A stretch of DNA of 63,986 nucleotides, the filler included, from Octopus bimaculoides (taxonomy: Eukaryota), in the NCBI RefSeq assembly GCF_001194135.2. It is 6 parts of 6 records of this genome, joined end to end, with 100 filler letters (N's around TTAATTAATTAA, not from the genome) between each part and the next. Parts side by side here need not be neighbours in the genome. Positions count along the whole stretch, not along the records: positions 1 to 28,128 come from NC_068983.1; positions 28,229 to 34,279 come from NC_068988.1; positions 34,380 to 40,485 come from NC_068997.1; 3 more parts are not named here. The stretch is one strand, 5' to 3'. Position numbers and translations under genes: made by a program. Positions 24,370 to 38,187 of the stretch are shown piece by piece (within the stretch, counting starts at the first letter, position 1; each line of letters starts with the position of its first letter). The notes beneath the pieces were generated by a model, which saw nothing but the letters and a program-made list of their open reading frames with translations, ran no database searches and was not told where the DNA came from.

Positions 24370-24725
24370 ATCGTGTTTTATCTTCTCAGCCAAATGGTTC
24401 CAGGCTTGGTCCCACTACGTGATACCTTGAGCAAGTGTCTTCTACTATAGCCTTGGGTCGACCAAAGCCTTGTGAATAGATTTAGGAGACGGAAACTGAA
24501 AGAAGCTTGTCGTATATATTTATGTGTGTGTGTCTGAGCTTGTCACCCACCTCACCACTTGACAACCAGTGTTGGTGTGTTTACATCTCCATAGCTTAGT
24601 AGTTTAGCAAAAGTGACTAATAGAAAATGTCCTAGGGTCAATTTGTTCAACTAAAACTCTTGAAGTTGATGCCCCAGCATGACCACAGTTAAATAAATGA
24701 GTGGAACAAGTAAAAAGAAAAAAAG
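24370..24725 (+). mobile_element. Diverged SINE family A
   Basis: ccttgagcaagtgtcttctactatagcc...acaagtaaaa. Confidence 0.7.
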
Positions 24726-25540
24726 AAAAACATCTAGGATTACATCGTCCAATATGTCCTTCACTTATTCAGAGAGTAGGGGTGTGATTTGTAGGTAATT
24801 TGGTTGCTTTTTCTACCAAATGACTCTTTGGCTCTTAATCAGTTGTGTTCTGAGATTCTCTTTTAGTTGCTCTTTCAGTATTTATTGCTACAGTCAATGT
24901 CATGAAATAAATCTGTCCAAGCAGTTCTCATTTATTGCTACTTGTTTACTATTCCTTCCTTCTCTTCCCTTCCTGACCAACATTGATGATGTCATTTCTA
25001 CCATTTAATATACCAACCACCTCAAAATTAACCTTGCTTACATTCTACCATGAAATTTTAATCGAAGACAAATTACGAAATCCAAGAAACATTTATAGTC
25101 TAGGCAACCAAACAGTCCTACTTATGGCTTACATATATAACTTAACAGCTATAGATGGACTTTTTTGTGTTTTATCATTAACCTTGCATACAGCCACTAC
25201 ATCACCATCTTAGTAGCAGCTGTTATTATTCCTAAAGTCATATTTAGCTCAGACAGGATGTTAGTTGTTTTCCATCAATTCATATGAAAAATGTCTCTTT
25301 TTCCCAAATCATTTGTTTTGTGACTTTTGCTAGTAGCAATATAGTTAGTTGATCAAAGAAACTTCAGTGGCATGCTGTAATGGCTATTTCCATGGTTACC
25401 TATCATTAGACCTGTTAATTACTCTATTTGTCTCTCTCTCTCTCTACACACATGCAGAGACATGGTGAATTTCACTTAAAGCTTTATATTGCGCATAATT
25501 TAATACAAAGTTTTGGGGTTTTATATATATATATATATAT

Positions 25541-25688
25541 ATCATTATCATCATCATCATCATCGTTTAACGTCTGCTTTCCATGCTAGCATGGGTTGGA
25601 CAATTTGACTGAGGACTGGTGAAACCGGATGGCAACACCAGGCTCCAATCTAATTTGGCAGAGTTTCTACAGCTGGATGCCCTTTCTA
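25541..25688 (-). mobile_element. RTE 3' terminus, cut by a gap
   Basis: Near-exact reverse complement of 75-222. Confidence 0.75.
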
Positions 25689-27059
25689 ANNNNNNNNNNN
25701 NNNNNNNNNNNNNNNNNNNNNNNNNNNNNNNNNNNNNNNNNNNNNNNNNNNNNNNNNNNNNNNNNNNNNNNNNNNNNNNNNNNNNNNNNNNNNNNNNNNN
25801 NNNNNNNNNNNNNNNNNNNNNNNNNNNNNNNNNNNNNNNNNNNNNNNNNNNNNNNNNNNNNNNNNNNNNNNNNNNNNNNNNNNNNNNNNNNNNNNNNNNN
25901 NNNNNNNNNNNNNNNNNNNNNNNNNNNNNNNNNNNNNNNNNNNNNNNNNNNNNNNNNNNNNNNNNNNNNNNNNNNNNNNNNNNNNNNNNNNNNNNNNNNN
26001 NNNNNNNNNNNNNNNNNNNNNNNNNNNNNNNNNNNNNNNNNNNNNNNNNNNNNNNNNNNNNNNNNNNNNNNNNNNNNNNNNNNNNNNNNNNNNNNNNNNN
26101 NNNNNNNNNNNNNNNNNNNNNNNNNNNNNNNNNNNNNNNNNNNNNNNNNNNNNNNNNNNNNNNNNNNNNNNNNNNNNNNNNNNNNNNNNNNNNNNNNNNN
26201 NNNNNNNNNNNNNNNNNNNNNNNNNNNNNNNNNNNNNNNNNNNNNNNNNNNNNNNNNNNNNNNNNNNNNNNNNNNNNNNNNNNNNNNNNNNNNNNNNNNN
26301 NNNNNNNNNNNNNNNNNNNNNNNNNNNNNNNNNNNNNNNNNNNNNNNNNNNNNNNNNNNNNNNNNNNNNNNNNNNNNNNNNNNNNNNNNNNNNNNNNNNN
26401 NNNNNNNNNNNNNNNNNNNNNNNNNNNNNNNNNNNNNNNNNNNNNNNNNNNNNNNNNNNNNNNNNNNNNNNNNNNNNNNNNNNNNNNNNNNNNNNNNNNN
26501 NNNNNNNNNNNNNNNNNNNNNNNNNNNNNNNNNNNNNNNNNNNNNNNNNNNNNNNNNNNNNNNNNNNNNNNNNNNNNNNNNNNNNNNNNNNNNNNNNNNN
26601 NNNNNNNNNNNNNNNNNNNNNNNNNTATATATATATATATATATAAACAGTTTTTCTTTTTTTTAAGCTATCTTCATATAATCAGATGAATAAAATTCAT
26701 TATCATTTGTAGCCATGTTCTTATTCTATCTTCTCTTTGTTTGTTTACTTATTATGGTCTTTGAGAAACAGACCTACATCATGTATGTGGTGCTAAGAGG
26801 TCAAGACTAAAATCTTAAGAAAAATTGTCATAAAATGATTTAACATATGTTAGATTACCTTTTCAGGAAGATAAAGTTATAAACATTTATTATGTGATTT
26901 ATTGAAGTAAATTCTGATTCAGTTATGAATAACAGGTTTTACCAACACAAACTGCCTATCAGAATTCATATGTTCTCAGCCTTGCTTTACTTGTTTATCA
27001 AGCTACTTCAGTGAACAAAATAAAATAAAGTAAAATTAAGATACTGATTTGATATTTTC

Positions 27060-27257
27060 AATTTACTTTTTACTTGTTTCAGTCTTTGGCCTGTGTCCAT
27101 GCTGGGCACCACCTTGAAGAGTGTAGTCAACAAATTGAGGCCAATATCATTTTAAATCTGGTACTTATTTTTTCCATGTCTTTTGCTAAATTGCTAAGTT
27201 ACAGGGATGTAGAAACCCAACACCAGTAGTAAGTCGGTGGGTGGGGTAATAAACACC

Positions 27258-27298
<41 letters not shown>

Positions 27299-27420
27299 CA
27301 ATATACACAATGGGCTTCCACACAGGTTCCATCTCCCAAATTCACTCATAAGGTGTTAGTTGGCCTGGGGCTATAGTAGAAGGTGCCACTCAGTGGAACT
27401 GAACCCAAATCTACATGGTT
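27060..27420 (-). mobile_element. Diverged SINE family A
   Basis: ttacttgtttcagtc tail, internal (CA)n, gaactgaaccc head. Confidence 0.65.
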
Positions 27421-27497
27421 GTAAGCACACAAGCAACTTTCAGTTGTATCTACTTGTCTTAACAATGATAATTTTATGCAAACATGAGTGTATGTAT

Positions 27498-28128
27498 ATC
27501 ATCATCATCATCATCGTTTAACATCCGCTTTTCATGAGGATTGGCGAACCAGATGGCTGCACCAGGCTCCAATCTGATCTGGCAGAGTTTCTACAGCTGG
27601 ATACCCTTCCTAACACTAACCACTCCGAGAGTGTTGTGGGTGCTTTTACATGCCACCGTCACAAGGGCCAGTCAGGCAGTACTGGCAATGGCCACGCTCA
27701 AATGGTGTTTTTTAAATGCCACCTGTACAGGAGCCAGTCCAGTGGCACTGGCAACGACCTCACTCGAATGTTTTTTCACATGCTACTGGCACAAGTGCCA
27801 GTAAGGCAGCGCTGGTAATGATCACGCTCAAATGGTGCTATTTACGTGCCACCAGCAGCGAAGCCAGACAGCTTCTCTGGCAATGATCACGCTCGGATGG
27901 TGCTCTTAGCGCTCCACTGGCATGGGTGCCAGTCATCGAATTTGATTCGATTTCAATTTCACTTGCCTCAACAGGTCTTCGCAAGCATAGTTTAGTGTCC
28001 AATGAAGGAAAGGTATGCATAAGTGGGCTGGTTACACCCCTGGCATAGGCCACGGGTTATGGTCTCACTTGGCTTGCCGGGTCTTCTCACACACAGCATA
28101 TTTCCAAAGGTCTTGGTCACTTGTCATT
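27498..28128 (-). mobile_element. RTE LINE 3' end: ORF C-terminus plus 3'UTR with four tandem ~65-bp units
   Basis: 28127-28065 encodes MTSDQDLWKYAVCEKTRQAK*, matching the A.DR..WR..V terminal motif of RTE ORFs; (GAT)n tail. Confidence 0.85.
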
Positions 28129-28228
28129 NNNNNNNNNNNNNNNNNNNNNNNNNNNNNNNNNNNNNNNNNNNNTTAATTAATTAANNNNNNNNNNNNNNNN
28201 NNNNNNNNNNNNNNNNNNNNNNNNNNNN
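28129..28228. other. Artificial join: 44N-TTAATTAATTAA-44N (also at 34280, 40486, 54606, 61477)
   Basis: Identical 100-nt spacer with stops in all six frames. Confidence 0.9.
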
Positions 28229-29269
28229 CTGAAATGTGGAAATTCCTTCCTCCCCTTCCTCCCTCATATCCCCCTCTCGAGAGAATTTGAACGCATTATG
28301 TAAAGACGAACGAAATGCCACTAAGCATTTTGTCCGGCATGCTAACGATCAAGCCAGCTCGTCACCTTGATAACTTTCGTTTCAGGTCCGTTTCATTATT
28401 TTTCAGTTAACATTTGAATCTTATATTTAATTCGTTTGTGTCTTTATATTTGTGTTGTTATTTTAAGTATGGTACTATACTAAACTCATAACGAAATAAT
28501 TGGAAGAACACTGTATGATGTTAATACTCTACATGTACCTATTTGCAAACAATTGAATACAGTACGTAATTACGTGCAGCTTATAAGCTTGCAATAAAAA
28601 AAATGAAGCAAAACTAAAATATTTATAATGTATACAGGTAATCTATAATTAAATACTTACCAATATACAAAACACAATATTACTGCGAGAAACATTTTTT
28701 TTTAATTTTGACATTGTCTTTGGTATATTTTTATTATACCATAAGGGTATATACTTCATATAATAATACATAATTTTTGCACCACTTCAAATTTTATGCC
28801 ATAACGAAGGAAAATCTAACAGAAGGAATGTTAAAAATTAAGTAAAGACGTTTCCAATGAAACTGCTCAATGCTAACGTTCAGTGATTTTGGCGAGTATG
28901 CTGCATAATACCGGATTATGCTATCTTTAAGGCCGAGAAACAACACAAACCCACCTGTTTAAGAAAATTTATTATCTATTAGCATAAAAGCCACAATCCG
29001 TGCGGACTTTTACGATGGCTCCTGCGGAGGGCTAATTGAGCCGGCAGCCCAAACCTAAAGAGAGCTAAATAGGATGACTATGATACGTCTATAATGACTA
29101 TATGCCTCGGTGGTGCTTGATCAGAGATTAAGGATGAGAATTAATTCTTTAATGCAATCATTCTATTGTTCCAGTCCCAAGTTGAATTCCAGTTGTTGGC
29201 CAATTTGTCCCAAAGTCCTTATCTCGACGTAAAAGTAACGAAGTGAATGTCATTTATTTTCCTCTCGAT

Positions 29270-29522
29270 CTCTGTCGTCATCTGTCAAACGCTACCAAAA
29301 TGGCGTGAATCAGCCAAGCTTTACCTGCTAGAAAAAGCTAGCCAAATGCTTTTGAATCAGATCCCAATGCTGGATGTTCAAGAACCAAATGAAGGGCAGA
29401 TTTTCAATCCCTGGATCATCATGATTCTACAAAGATATTTGTCTATGTAGAGCAAATATAGACTCAGATACAGGGGTCTCAGGCAGACAGACAGAATTTC
29501 ATTTTTATTATTATAGATATAG
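29270..29522 (-). mobile_element. Possible Helitron-derived non-autonomous element
   Basis: Minus strand begins ATCTATAATAATAAAAATGAAATTCTGTCTGTCTG, resembling Helitron-type 5' ends; no 3' hairpin confirmed. Confidence 0.3.
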
Positions 29523-30222
29523 CAAATGAAAAATTTTGAGTGAATAGCACAGCAACAGAAGTGAAGCTGACATTTGTAAAAGTAGAAGCAGCTTTAAAAA
29601 TCGTTACGTCGATCATAAATTCACGGAGAAATGTGAAGAGAAATGTTTGACCATTACCCAGTTACCCGTGCTAAGAACGATGTATTGTTAGTGTCGACAT
29701 TAAATCATTAGTCATCGAACATAGCACGCTATACATATATTGACAAAATAATGCAAAATATCACCAGATAATTAAAAAAGATATAAACAGGAGGAGGGAA
29801 ATAGTGACAGAAGCATAAATGTTGGGAATAAAGTCAATACAGCATACTCCGAATTGAGCTCCTAGATATTTATAGTACACTGATCTCTGTTCTTTGACGC
29901 CGAGGCCAATGTAGCTGTCAGCGTTGCAAATATTTCTTTGTTGGTGCCTTACGGATCGTAAAGAACAATACAAAGCAAAAGTTTGCAACAGTACAATCTA
30001 GTCCTTACATGCTGCTGAACTCAAGCGCGAAAGCAATTAAAAAGGAACTTTTCTTATTCAATGGGAGTTTATTTTTCACATGTCATCCAAAAGATTTCGG
30101 AATGAAAATTAAAGAAATGGAAAAATAGTCAACATTAAATGTAATAAGGCACTATTTAAAATATATACACTATATAATACCTTGATCACTATATACACTA
30201 TATAATACTCTGATCATAAATT

Positions 30223-30410
30223 TGGTTTCAAATTTTGGCACAATGCAAGCAATTTCTAAGGAGATGGTAAGTCAATTACATTGACCAAGTGCTCGACTCG
30301 TACTTATTTTATCGACCTCGAAAGGATAAAAGGCAAAGTTAGCTTTGGTGGAATTTGAACTAAGAACATAAAGACGGATGAAATGCCGCTAAGCATTTTG
30401 CCTAGCATTT
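30223..30410 (-). mobile_element. SINE family B
   Basis: Core and tail motifs as in the array. Confidence 0.75.
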
Positions 30411-30601
30411 TACTCTGATCACAATATCAAATGTAAATATGATATATACCTTCATATATGTGTATGCATATATGTATGGGTAAAAGCAGAAAGTATTTCA
30501 GTTAGTTGAAATCACCAACTCATTGTATTTTATTTTATTGTAACTGAACAGACAGCACCATTTATACTTTTTATATGAGTTTTATGCAAATCCAGCGCAA
30601 C

Positions 30602-30644
<43 letters not shown>

Positions 30645-31495
30645 TATAGATCGTCTTTAAAATTTGAAACATAGGGAGTCCAACAGGTTTATTCTACCAA
30701 GTTTCACAGACAAAGCCTAGCACGCTCGTGGGTCACGCTCGTGGGTCACGCCCGTGGGTCACACTCGCACGCTGGGTTTCTTAATTGCGAATTAAACGCC
30801 TTAACAATTCGACTATGCTGGTGCACACGTGCATCATATATACATACGCATGTGTGTGCATGCAGGTATGTATTTGTGTGTCATAACTGTGTGTATGTTT
30901 ATATGTGTGTATATATATGTGTGTATATATATATGNNNNNNNNNNNNNNNNNNNNNNNNNNNNNNNNNNNNNNNNNNNNNNNNNNNNNNNNNNNNNNNNN
31001 NNNNNNNNNNNNNNNNNNNNNNNNNNNNNNNNNNNNNNNNNNNNNNNNNNNNNNNNNNNNNNNNNNNNNNNNNNNNNNNNNNNNNNNNNNNNNNNNNNNN
31101 NNNNNNNNNNNNNNNNNNNNNNNNNNNNNNNNNNNNNNNNNNNNNNNNNNNNNNNNNNNNNNNNNNNNNNNNNNNNNNNNNNNNNNNNNNNNNNNNNNNN
31201 NNNNNNNNNNNNNNNNNNNNNNNNNNNNNNNNNNNNNNNNNNNNNNNNNNNNNNNNNNNNNNNNNNNNNNNNNNNNNNNNNNNNNNNNNNNNNNNNNNNN
31301 NNNNNNNNNNNNNNNNNNNNNNNNNNNNNNNNNNNNNNNNNNNNNNNNNNNNNNNNNNNNNNNNNNNNNNNNNNNNNNNNNNNNNNNNNNNNNNNNNNNN
31401 NNNNNNNNNNNNNNNNNNNNNNNNNNNNNNNNNNNNNNNNNNNNNNNNNNNTATGTATATATATGTGCATATATATATTTATATAGATATATATT

Positions 31496-31526
<31 letters not shown>

Positions 31527-32123
31527 TTTCCTCTCTCTCTCTATCCATGTGTGTTTATGTGTTTGTATGTATCTATGTAAGCATATATATATATATATAT
31601 ATATATGCTTACATAGATACATACAAACACATAAACACACATGGATAGAGAGAGAGAGGAAAATAGATAGATAGACAGACATAGGCATACCCACATACAT
31701 ACAAAAATACATCTACTCATACACCTATACATACTACAGTTTTAATACTGCACTCACTATCACGGTCAAACTGACGCTTTAATACCAACCTGTTGTTAAG
31801 GTCTCTATACGAGATCCTACGTCTCATTAGCTTTTTTTGCTGTCGTATTGTTGTAACTTACCCTGTAACAGCTTGTGAATTGCTTAAACCACAAATCTTT
31901 CAACCGAAACATCTACCATTTATTTGTCACTCATCTGCGTCTGCCATATACACATACATATACATGTGTGTATATGTGTATGTGTGTGTTTGCGTATTTA
32001 CGTACTTGCTTATGTTTAAAAGTATATGTATATATTAGTGGATCTTCAAAAGAACAGTCCATCAAAAACCCATTTCGGCACTTCATATATTATATTTCAC
32101 TAATTGTATATTAAGTTTAGCTA

Positions 32124-32350
<227 letters not shown>

Positions 32351-32359
32351 TATATAAAA

Positions 32360-32492
32360 ACAAATAGTAAATGAGTATATGCATATATACGTACAGGTAT
32401 GTGCATACCGACATCCACCTGTATGTATAGGTGCATATCTGGGTACAGGACATTGCAAACAAAACGTAGACGAGAAAACACACAAGCCACAT
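32360..32492 (-). mobile_element. Second copy of the 2085-2330 repeat; its 5' part lies in the gap
   Basis: Reverse complement of 2158-2310. Confidence 0.7.
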
Positions 32493-33193
32493 NNNNNNNN
32501 NNNNNNNNNNNNNNNNNNNNNNNNNNNNNNNNNNNNNNNNNNNNNNNNNNNNNNNNNNNNNNNNNNNNNNNNNNNNNNNNNNNNNNNNNNNNNNNNNNNN
32601 NNNNNNNNNNNNNNNNNNNNNNNNNNNNNNNNNNNNNNNNNNNNNNNNNNNNNNNNNNNNNNNNNNNNNNNNNNNNNNNNNNNNNNNNNNNNNNNNNNNN
32701 NNNNNNNNNNNNNNNNNNNNNNNNNNNNNNNNNNNNNNNNNNNNNNNNNNNNNNNNNNNNNNNNNNNNNNNNNNNNNNNNNNNNNNNNNNNNNNNNNNNN
32801 NNNNNNNNNNNNNNNNNNNNNNNNNNNNNNNNNNNNNNNNNNNNNNNNNNNNNNNNNNNNNNNNNNNNNNNNNNNNNNNNNNNNNNNNNNNNNNNNNNNN
32901 NNNNNNNNNNNNNNNNNNNNNNNNNNNNNNNNNNNNNNNNNNNNNNNNNNNNNNNNNNNNNNNNNNNNNNNNNNNNNNNNNNNNNNNNNNNNNNNNNNNN
33001 NNNNNNNNNNNNNNNNNNNNNNNNNNNNNNNNNNNNNNNNNNNNNNNNNNNNNNNNNNNNNNNNNNNNNNNNNNNNNNNNNNNNNNNNNNNNNNNNNNNN
33101 NNNNNNNNNNNNNNNNNNNNNNNNNNNNNNNNNNNNNNNNNNNNNNNNNNNNNNNNNNNNNNNNNNNNNNNTTCACGTGCACACAAATAGCAT

Positions 33194-33217
33194 AACTACT
33201 ACTACTACTACTACTAT

Positions 33218-33280
<63 letters not shown>

Positions 33281-33284
33281 AAAC

Positions 33285-33349
<65 letters not shown>
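33194..33349. repeat. (TAC)n-(AAT)n compound microsatellite
   Basis: Direct reading. Confidence 0.95.
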
Positions 33350-33351
<2 letters not shown>

Positions 33352-33769
33352 GCAACAAGCTGAACATCTCTTTTTCCTACTATTCCCAAAGACTGGAATA
33401 TCTACAATTTCCTGTGAATATTTTAAGGCTCCCGCAAAATAAGCTAGGAAACTTACATACCTACAGCATTCGAACACTCAAACAATCAGTTTAAAAAAAA
33501 AAGAACTTTAATATCTACAACTTCTGTGAATACCTATCCTTTCCTTTCTCCCTGAGTATTCGAAAATATAAACGTCCCTTTCATTGTAAAAACACTACTG
33601 TATTCTCCAACTGGATAGACAAACGAACATCTCAAGACAACTTAAGAACTTTAATTTATTAAATTTTGTATGAAACGTATCCCTGACTACTCAAATACGT
33701 AAACACACCTTTTACTGCAACAACACAATTGAATTCAGAAATTCAAAAATTCAACGATGTGAATATCAC

Positions 33770-33915
<146 letters not shown>

Positions 33916-34585
33916 TTATTGTTTTCTCTAACAGTAATTACAAATAGAACAAGTTGAATTGCGTCTGCTCAAGGCCAAGGACAGCGCTCTCAGTGGCCAC
34001 TTGTAGTAGTAAACACATTTGACCTTTGCTGACCCAATGGGTGCGAAGATTCTTTCGTCTCTGTGGCTGACCACTCCACCAGCTGCCGAATCTATTTATA
34101 TTTATGATTATCTCAAGTACAAGACAAAAGTTGAAAATAAAGAACATTTAACAAAATATTTTAATAATAAATGGAAATACTTATAATGATAACAGTGGTA
34201 GCGGTGGTGATGGTGATAATGATGAAAATAAAAATAACGGAAATATGCTGCAGATGTTAATACTACAAATACTACAACANNNNNNNNNNNNNNNNNNNNN
34301 NNNNNNNNNNNNNNNNNNNNNNNTTAATTAATTAANNNNNNNNNNNNNNNNNNNNNNNNNNNNNNNNNNNNNNNNNNNNCATATATACACATACACACAC
34401 ATACACACACATATGCATGTTAATATACACGCATCCACATACATAAACACATATAAAGACAGAAGGCTTGACCAGTAAATAAGTGTCACCTTAGTCTGCT
34501 GGCTGTGGACAGCTGAAACTGTGAGACCCAGCAAAATAAGTTGAGTGTTTTGATCAAATGATAATTATCCTTTCAACTGTAGACA

Positions 34586-34784
34586 CAAGGCCTGAAATTT
34601 GAGGGTGGTGGGGGTAGTCGGTTTCATCGACCCCATTATTCAACTGGTACTTTGATTTATTGACCCCGAAAGGATGAAAGGCAAAGTCGACCTCGGCGGA
34701 ATTTGAATTCAAAACGTAGCGGCAGACGAAATAGCGCTAAGCATTTCACGCGGCGCGCTAACGACTCTGCCAGCGCGCCGCCCT
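34586..34784 (-). mobile_element. SINE family B, relatively intact (CpG retained)
   Basis: Complete head ggcggcgcgctggcagagtcgttagc on the minus strand. Confidence 0.8.
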
Positions 34785-34897
34785 TTCATCAAATAATAAT
34801 GATGACAAGAAATCTACTGATTCTAAGTCTGCTATTGGTGCTGCTAATACTAATACCATTCCACAAATACTATTACGTGCATTACTGCTGTTACCGC

Positions 34898-34899
<2 letters not shown>

Positions 34900-34948
<49 letters not shown>

Positions 34949-34953
34949 CAGGT

Positions 34954-34984
<31 letters not shown>

Positions 34985-35030
34985 TAGTAGTTGCAGTAGT
35001 AGTAGTAGTAGTAGTTGCTGCTGCTGCTGC
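34900..35030. repeat. (TAG)n/(CAG)n microsatellite
   Basis: Direct reading. Confidence 0.9.
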
Positions 35031-35171
35031 TGTGTAGACTAATCAAAGTAAATATATTTTCGCATGCTTTGTGAATATGAAAGAAATATTTTCAGCAAGT
35101 GTTGTTTCTTTAATGGAACTTACCGTTATTGTAATGTATTCTTCACTCTCTCTCTCTCTCTCTCTCTATTA

Positions 35172-35310
35172 TGAAGGCGCGTGAACTAGTGATTACAATA
35201 TCCGTCTCGTGACCATAATGTGGTCGGTTCAATTCCGGTATCGGACGGTGTGTTGTCTCCTTGAGCAAGGCACTCCAGTTCACGTTGTTCCAATCCATTC
35301 AATAACGTCA
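35172..35310 (+). mobile_element. tRNA-headed SINE fragment (family C; related minus copy about 46225-46446)
   Basis: GGTTCAATTCC B-box followed by ccttgagcaaggcact. Confidence 0.5.
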
Positions 35311-35884
35311 GTTAAGTGGCGCACCTCACCCCAACAGTCACATCATCCAGGTGTAGCTGGGTGAAAGAGTGGGTGAGTCGATACGGTGTCCATGCCTGCA
35401 CGTAACTTTTCAGGCACTTAAAACGATTGACGAAACCACGGTACCTGTTACCAAATCCTACACGTTTGCGGATGGCGATAAGCTCTTTTAAATCCCACCC
35501 TCCACTACCACTGTCCATTCTTTTAATGAAGCTCTGCCCTCTTTTTTTTTATTTCTATTCCTTTTATTCCCAGACAAATATTTCTGCAATAAAACTAAAT
35601 TTAGCATTTAACTCTTCCTTTGATCGTCTGCTTCTCTTCATTTTTTACAACCAGTTTTTTTCTCTTATACGCTTTTATATTTTCTTCTCTCTTTATATTT
35701 CATGTTTTTCATGTTTTTTCTGCATTTTTCAAGGACTTGTATTTGCCAAACTCCTCCGTTTTTCATTTTTCTTTGTTTTTACTCTTTTTTTCCCCTCCTA
35801 TTTCCACTTCTTTTGTTCCTCTTCTTTTCTGGCCGTCTTTGTTCTTCTTCATCCTAATAATAATAATAATCATCTTCTCCTCCT

Positions 35885-35886
35885 CT

Positions 35887-35935
<49 letters not shown>

Positions 35936-36010
35936 GGTAATAACAATAATAGTAATAACAAAAACAATAACAATAATAATAATAACGATGATGATGATGA
36001 TGATGATGAT
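35885..36010. repeat. (TAC)n-(AAT)n-(GAT)n compound microsatellite
   Basis: Direct reading. Confidence 0.9.
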
Positions 36011-36189
36011 AAAACTCCAACTACTACTTCTTATCTTCCCCCAGGCTCCTCTGACTTTCTTTCATTAACTTTTTCTTTCTTTCTTTACCATTTCTTTTTT
36101 TTTTTTTTACTTTTTCCAAATTTTCCATACTTCTCTTCTTATTCCGTCCTTGTATTCTTCATTTTCTTACAATGTCGTCTGCCTTATTC

Positions 36190-36375
36190 AAGGCCTGAAA
36201 TTCCGCGGTCGGGCGTCTGTCGGTTACATCATCCCCAGCGCTTAATTGTTGCTTATTTCATCTACCACGAAAGGATGAAAAGCTAAACCGACCTCATATT
36301 GTAAAGACGGCCGAAATGCCGCCGCTCACAAGTTTGTCCCGCATTGCTAACGCTTCTGCCAGATCGCAATGCCTT
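36190..36375 (-). mobile_element. SINE family B, diverged
   Basis: aaggcctgaaatt...gaaaggatgaaa...ctaacgcttctgccag. Confidence 0.65.
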
Positions 36376-37180
36376 ACGCTATTTTATAATATTGCTATTT
36401 CAATCTGGTGTCGCTGCCTGGTCCATCTATTTTTGAGTCGATATTTCTACAGAAAGAGGAATGAAGCCAATCGCTTATCGTAAAAAATAAATTGATTAGA
36501 TTAATTAATTACGGATAATGTGTTATCGATCGATATAACAGATATAGATGATAAGCCATGAGTTGAGAAATATACCTCTGGTCACATTTTTCAATCGCAG
36601 AAATGTGGTTCCGTTTGTAATAAACATCAGGAGCGATTTATGCGGTAACTACATATACTTCAGTTTCAAGCATCTAATTCACTTAATCGACGCATATATA
36701 TACGTGTGAGTGTATGCATGTGTGTATATGTGTGTATGTATTTATGTGTGTGTGTGTGGGTGTGTATATATATTTATATATATATATATANNNNNNNNNN
36801 NNNNNNNNNNNNNNNNNNNNNNNNNNNNNNNNNNNNNNNNNNNNNNNNNNNNNNNNNNNNNNNNNNNNNNNNNNNNNNNNNNNNNNNNNNNNNNNNNNNN
36901 NNNNNNNNNNNNNNNNNNNNNNNNNNNNNNNNNNNNNNNNNNNNNNNNNNNNNNNNNNNNNNNNNNNNNNNNNNNNNNNNNNNNNNNNNNNNNNNNNNNN
37001 NNNNNNNNNNNNNNNNNNNNNNNNNNNNNNNNNNNNNNNNNNNNNNNNNNNNNNNNNNNNNNNNNNNNNNNNNNNNNNNNNNNNNNNNNNNNNNNNNNNN
37101 NNNNNNNNNNNNNNNATATATATATATATATATATATATGCATATATATATATGCATATATATATGTATATATATATATA

Positions 37181-37211
<31 letters not shown>

Positions 37212-37985
37212 GTTTATGTATTTGTGTTGCAAGATTCTTGATGTGAAGTCGTGTGTTGAAACAGATATTGTTGTATTTCCGGATTGTCATTTTTTTCTTT
37301 ACAAAAGGTATTATCTTCCTTTTCATTTCGTGAGCATCAACCTTATAGAGAATGTATAAAGTCGACACTTGCAGTATGGCGGTTCTAACGTAGCAGATAT
37401 TGAAGTTTTGGTGTATATTTTCAATATATTCAAAGCCCCTAACATACATAAATCTACTCACCGATATATTCCATTTCACGTGAAAATTAATAAAGTAGGT
37501 GCTATGGAATATCTAAATAAGGCCTTATCTACAATATTTTTTTGCCATTTCTTTCATGAAATTAATCTATTATCAGTATCTAATACAGAATTAAGAGCGG
37601 TGAGAGGCATTTTCTGCTATAATGCCACGCATTGGTTGTTGTCAAGCGTAAACGGTATTTTCGTGATTTATTTATCACGTTTGTCGTGTTCAAGTGACTA
37701 GACAAGAAAGAAAGAGCTTTTTTTTTTCTGCTTTTATATAATTCAGAATGCTGCTTTTAATATACACGAAATCGTTATAAGTATATATGTACGTGTGTGT
37801 GTGTGATCGTGTGTGCATGTATGTGTGTACGTGCGTATGAATACATCTATATATATATATATATATGTGTGTGTGTGCGTGTGTGTGTGAGTGAGTGTAT
37901 GCATATACGTATGTGATGCATGTATATATAGCTGAGTTTGTAAATGTATATATGTGTATATAACATTTGTTAAATTATCAATATA

Positions 37986-38025
<40 letters not shown>

Positions 38026-38142
38026 NNNNNNNNNNATGTACATAACATATATTTGTTAAATATACACAATAAATAAATATGCTTAAATAATTACGTCTAT
38101 ATTGTTATTTCTATGCATATTTATCAATATATGCATACATAC

Positions 38143-38187
<45 letters not shown>

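Noticed and set aside
25600-25640. CTGAGGA-ctggt-GAAAC on the antisense of the RTE tail
   Set aside because: No stem II, no GUH or stem I partner, and not conserved in the 11482 and 27498 copies.
25619-26689. Long ORFs spanning N runs (also 6933, 21231, 30741, 32121, 36706, 42979, 47904, 53101, 58262, 61924)
   Set aside because: Open only because Ns contain no stops.
29761-29988. 75-aa ORF with hydrophobic tail
   Set aside because: TTG start, no recognisable motif or splice support.
30721-30767. 13-bp unit x3.5 (cacgctcgtgggt); similar small duplications at 51111 and 54304
   Set aside because: Simple slippage duplications within decayed repeats.
37440-37489. Possible 51-nt minus-strand exon (IFHSTYFINFHVKWNIS) with GTGAGT donor
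   Set aside because: Weak acceptor, no homology recognised.
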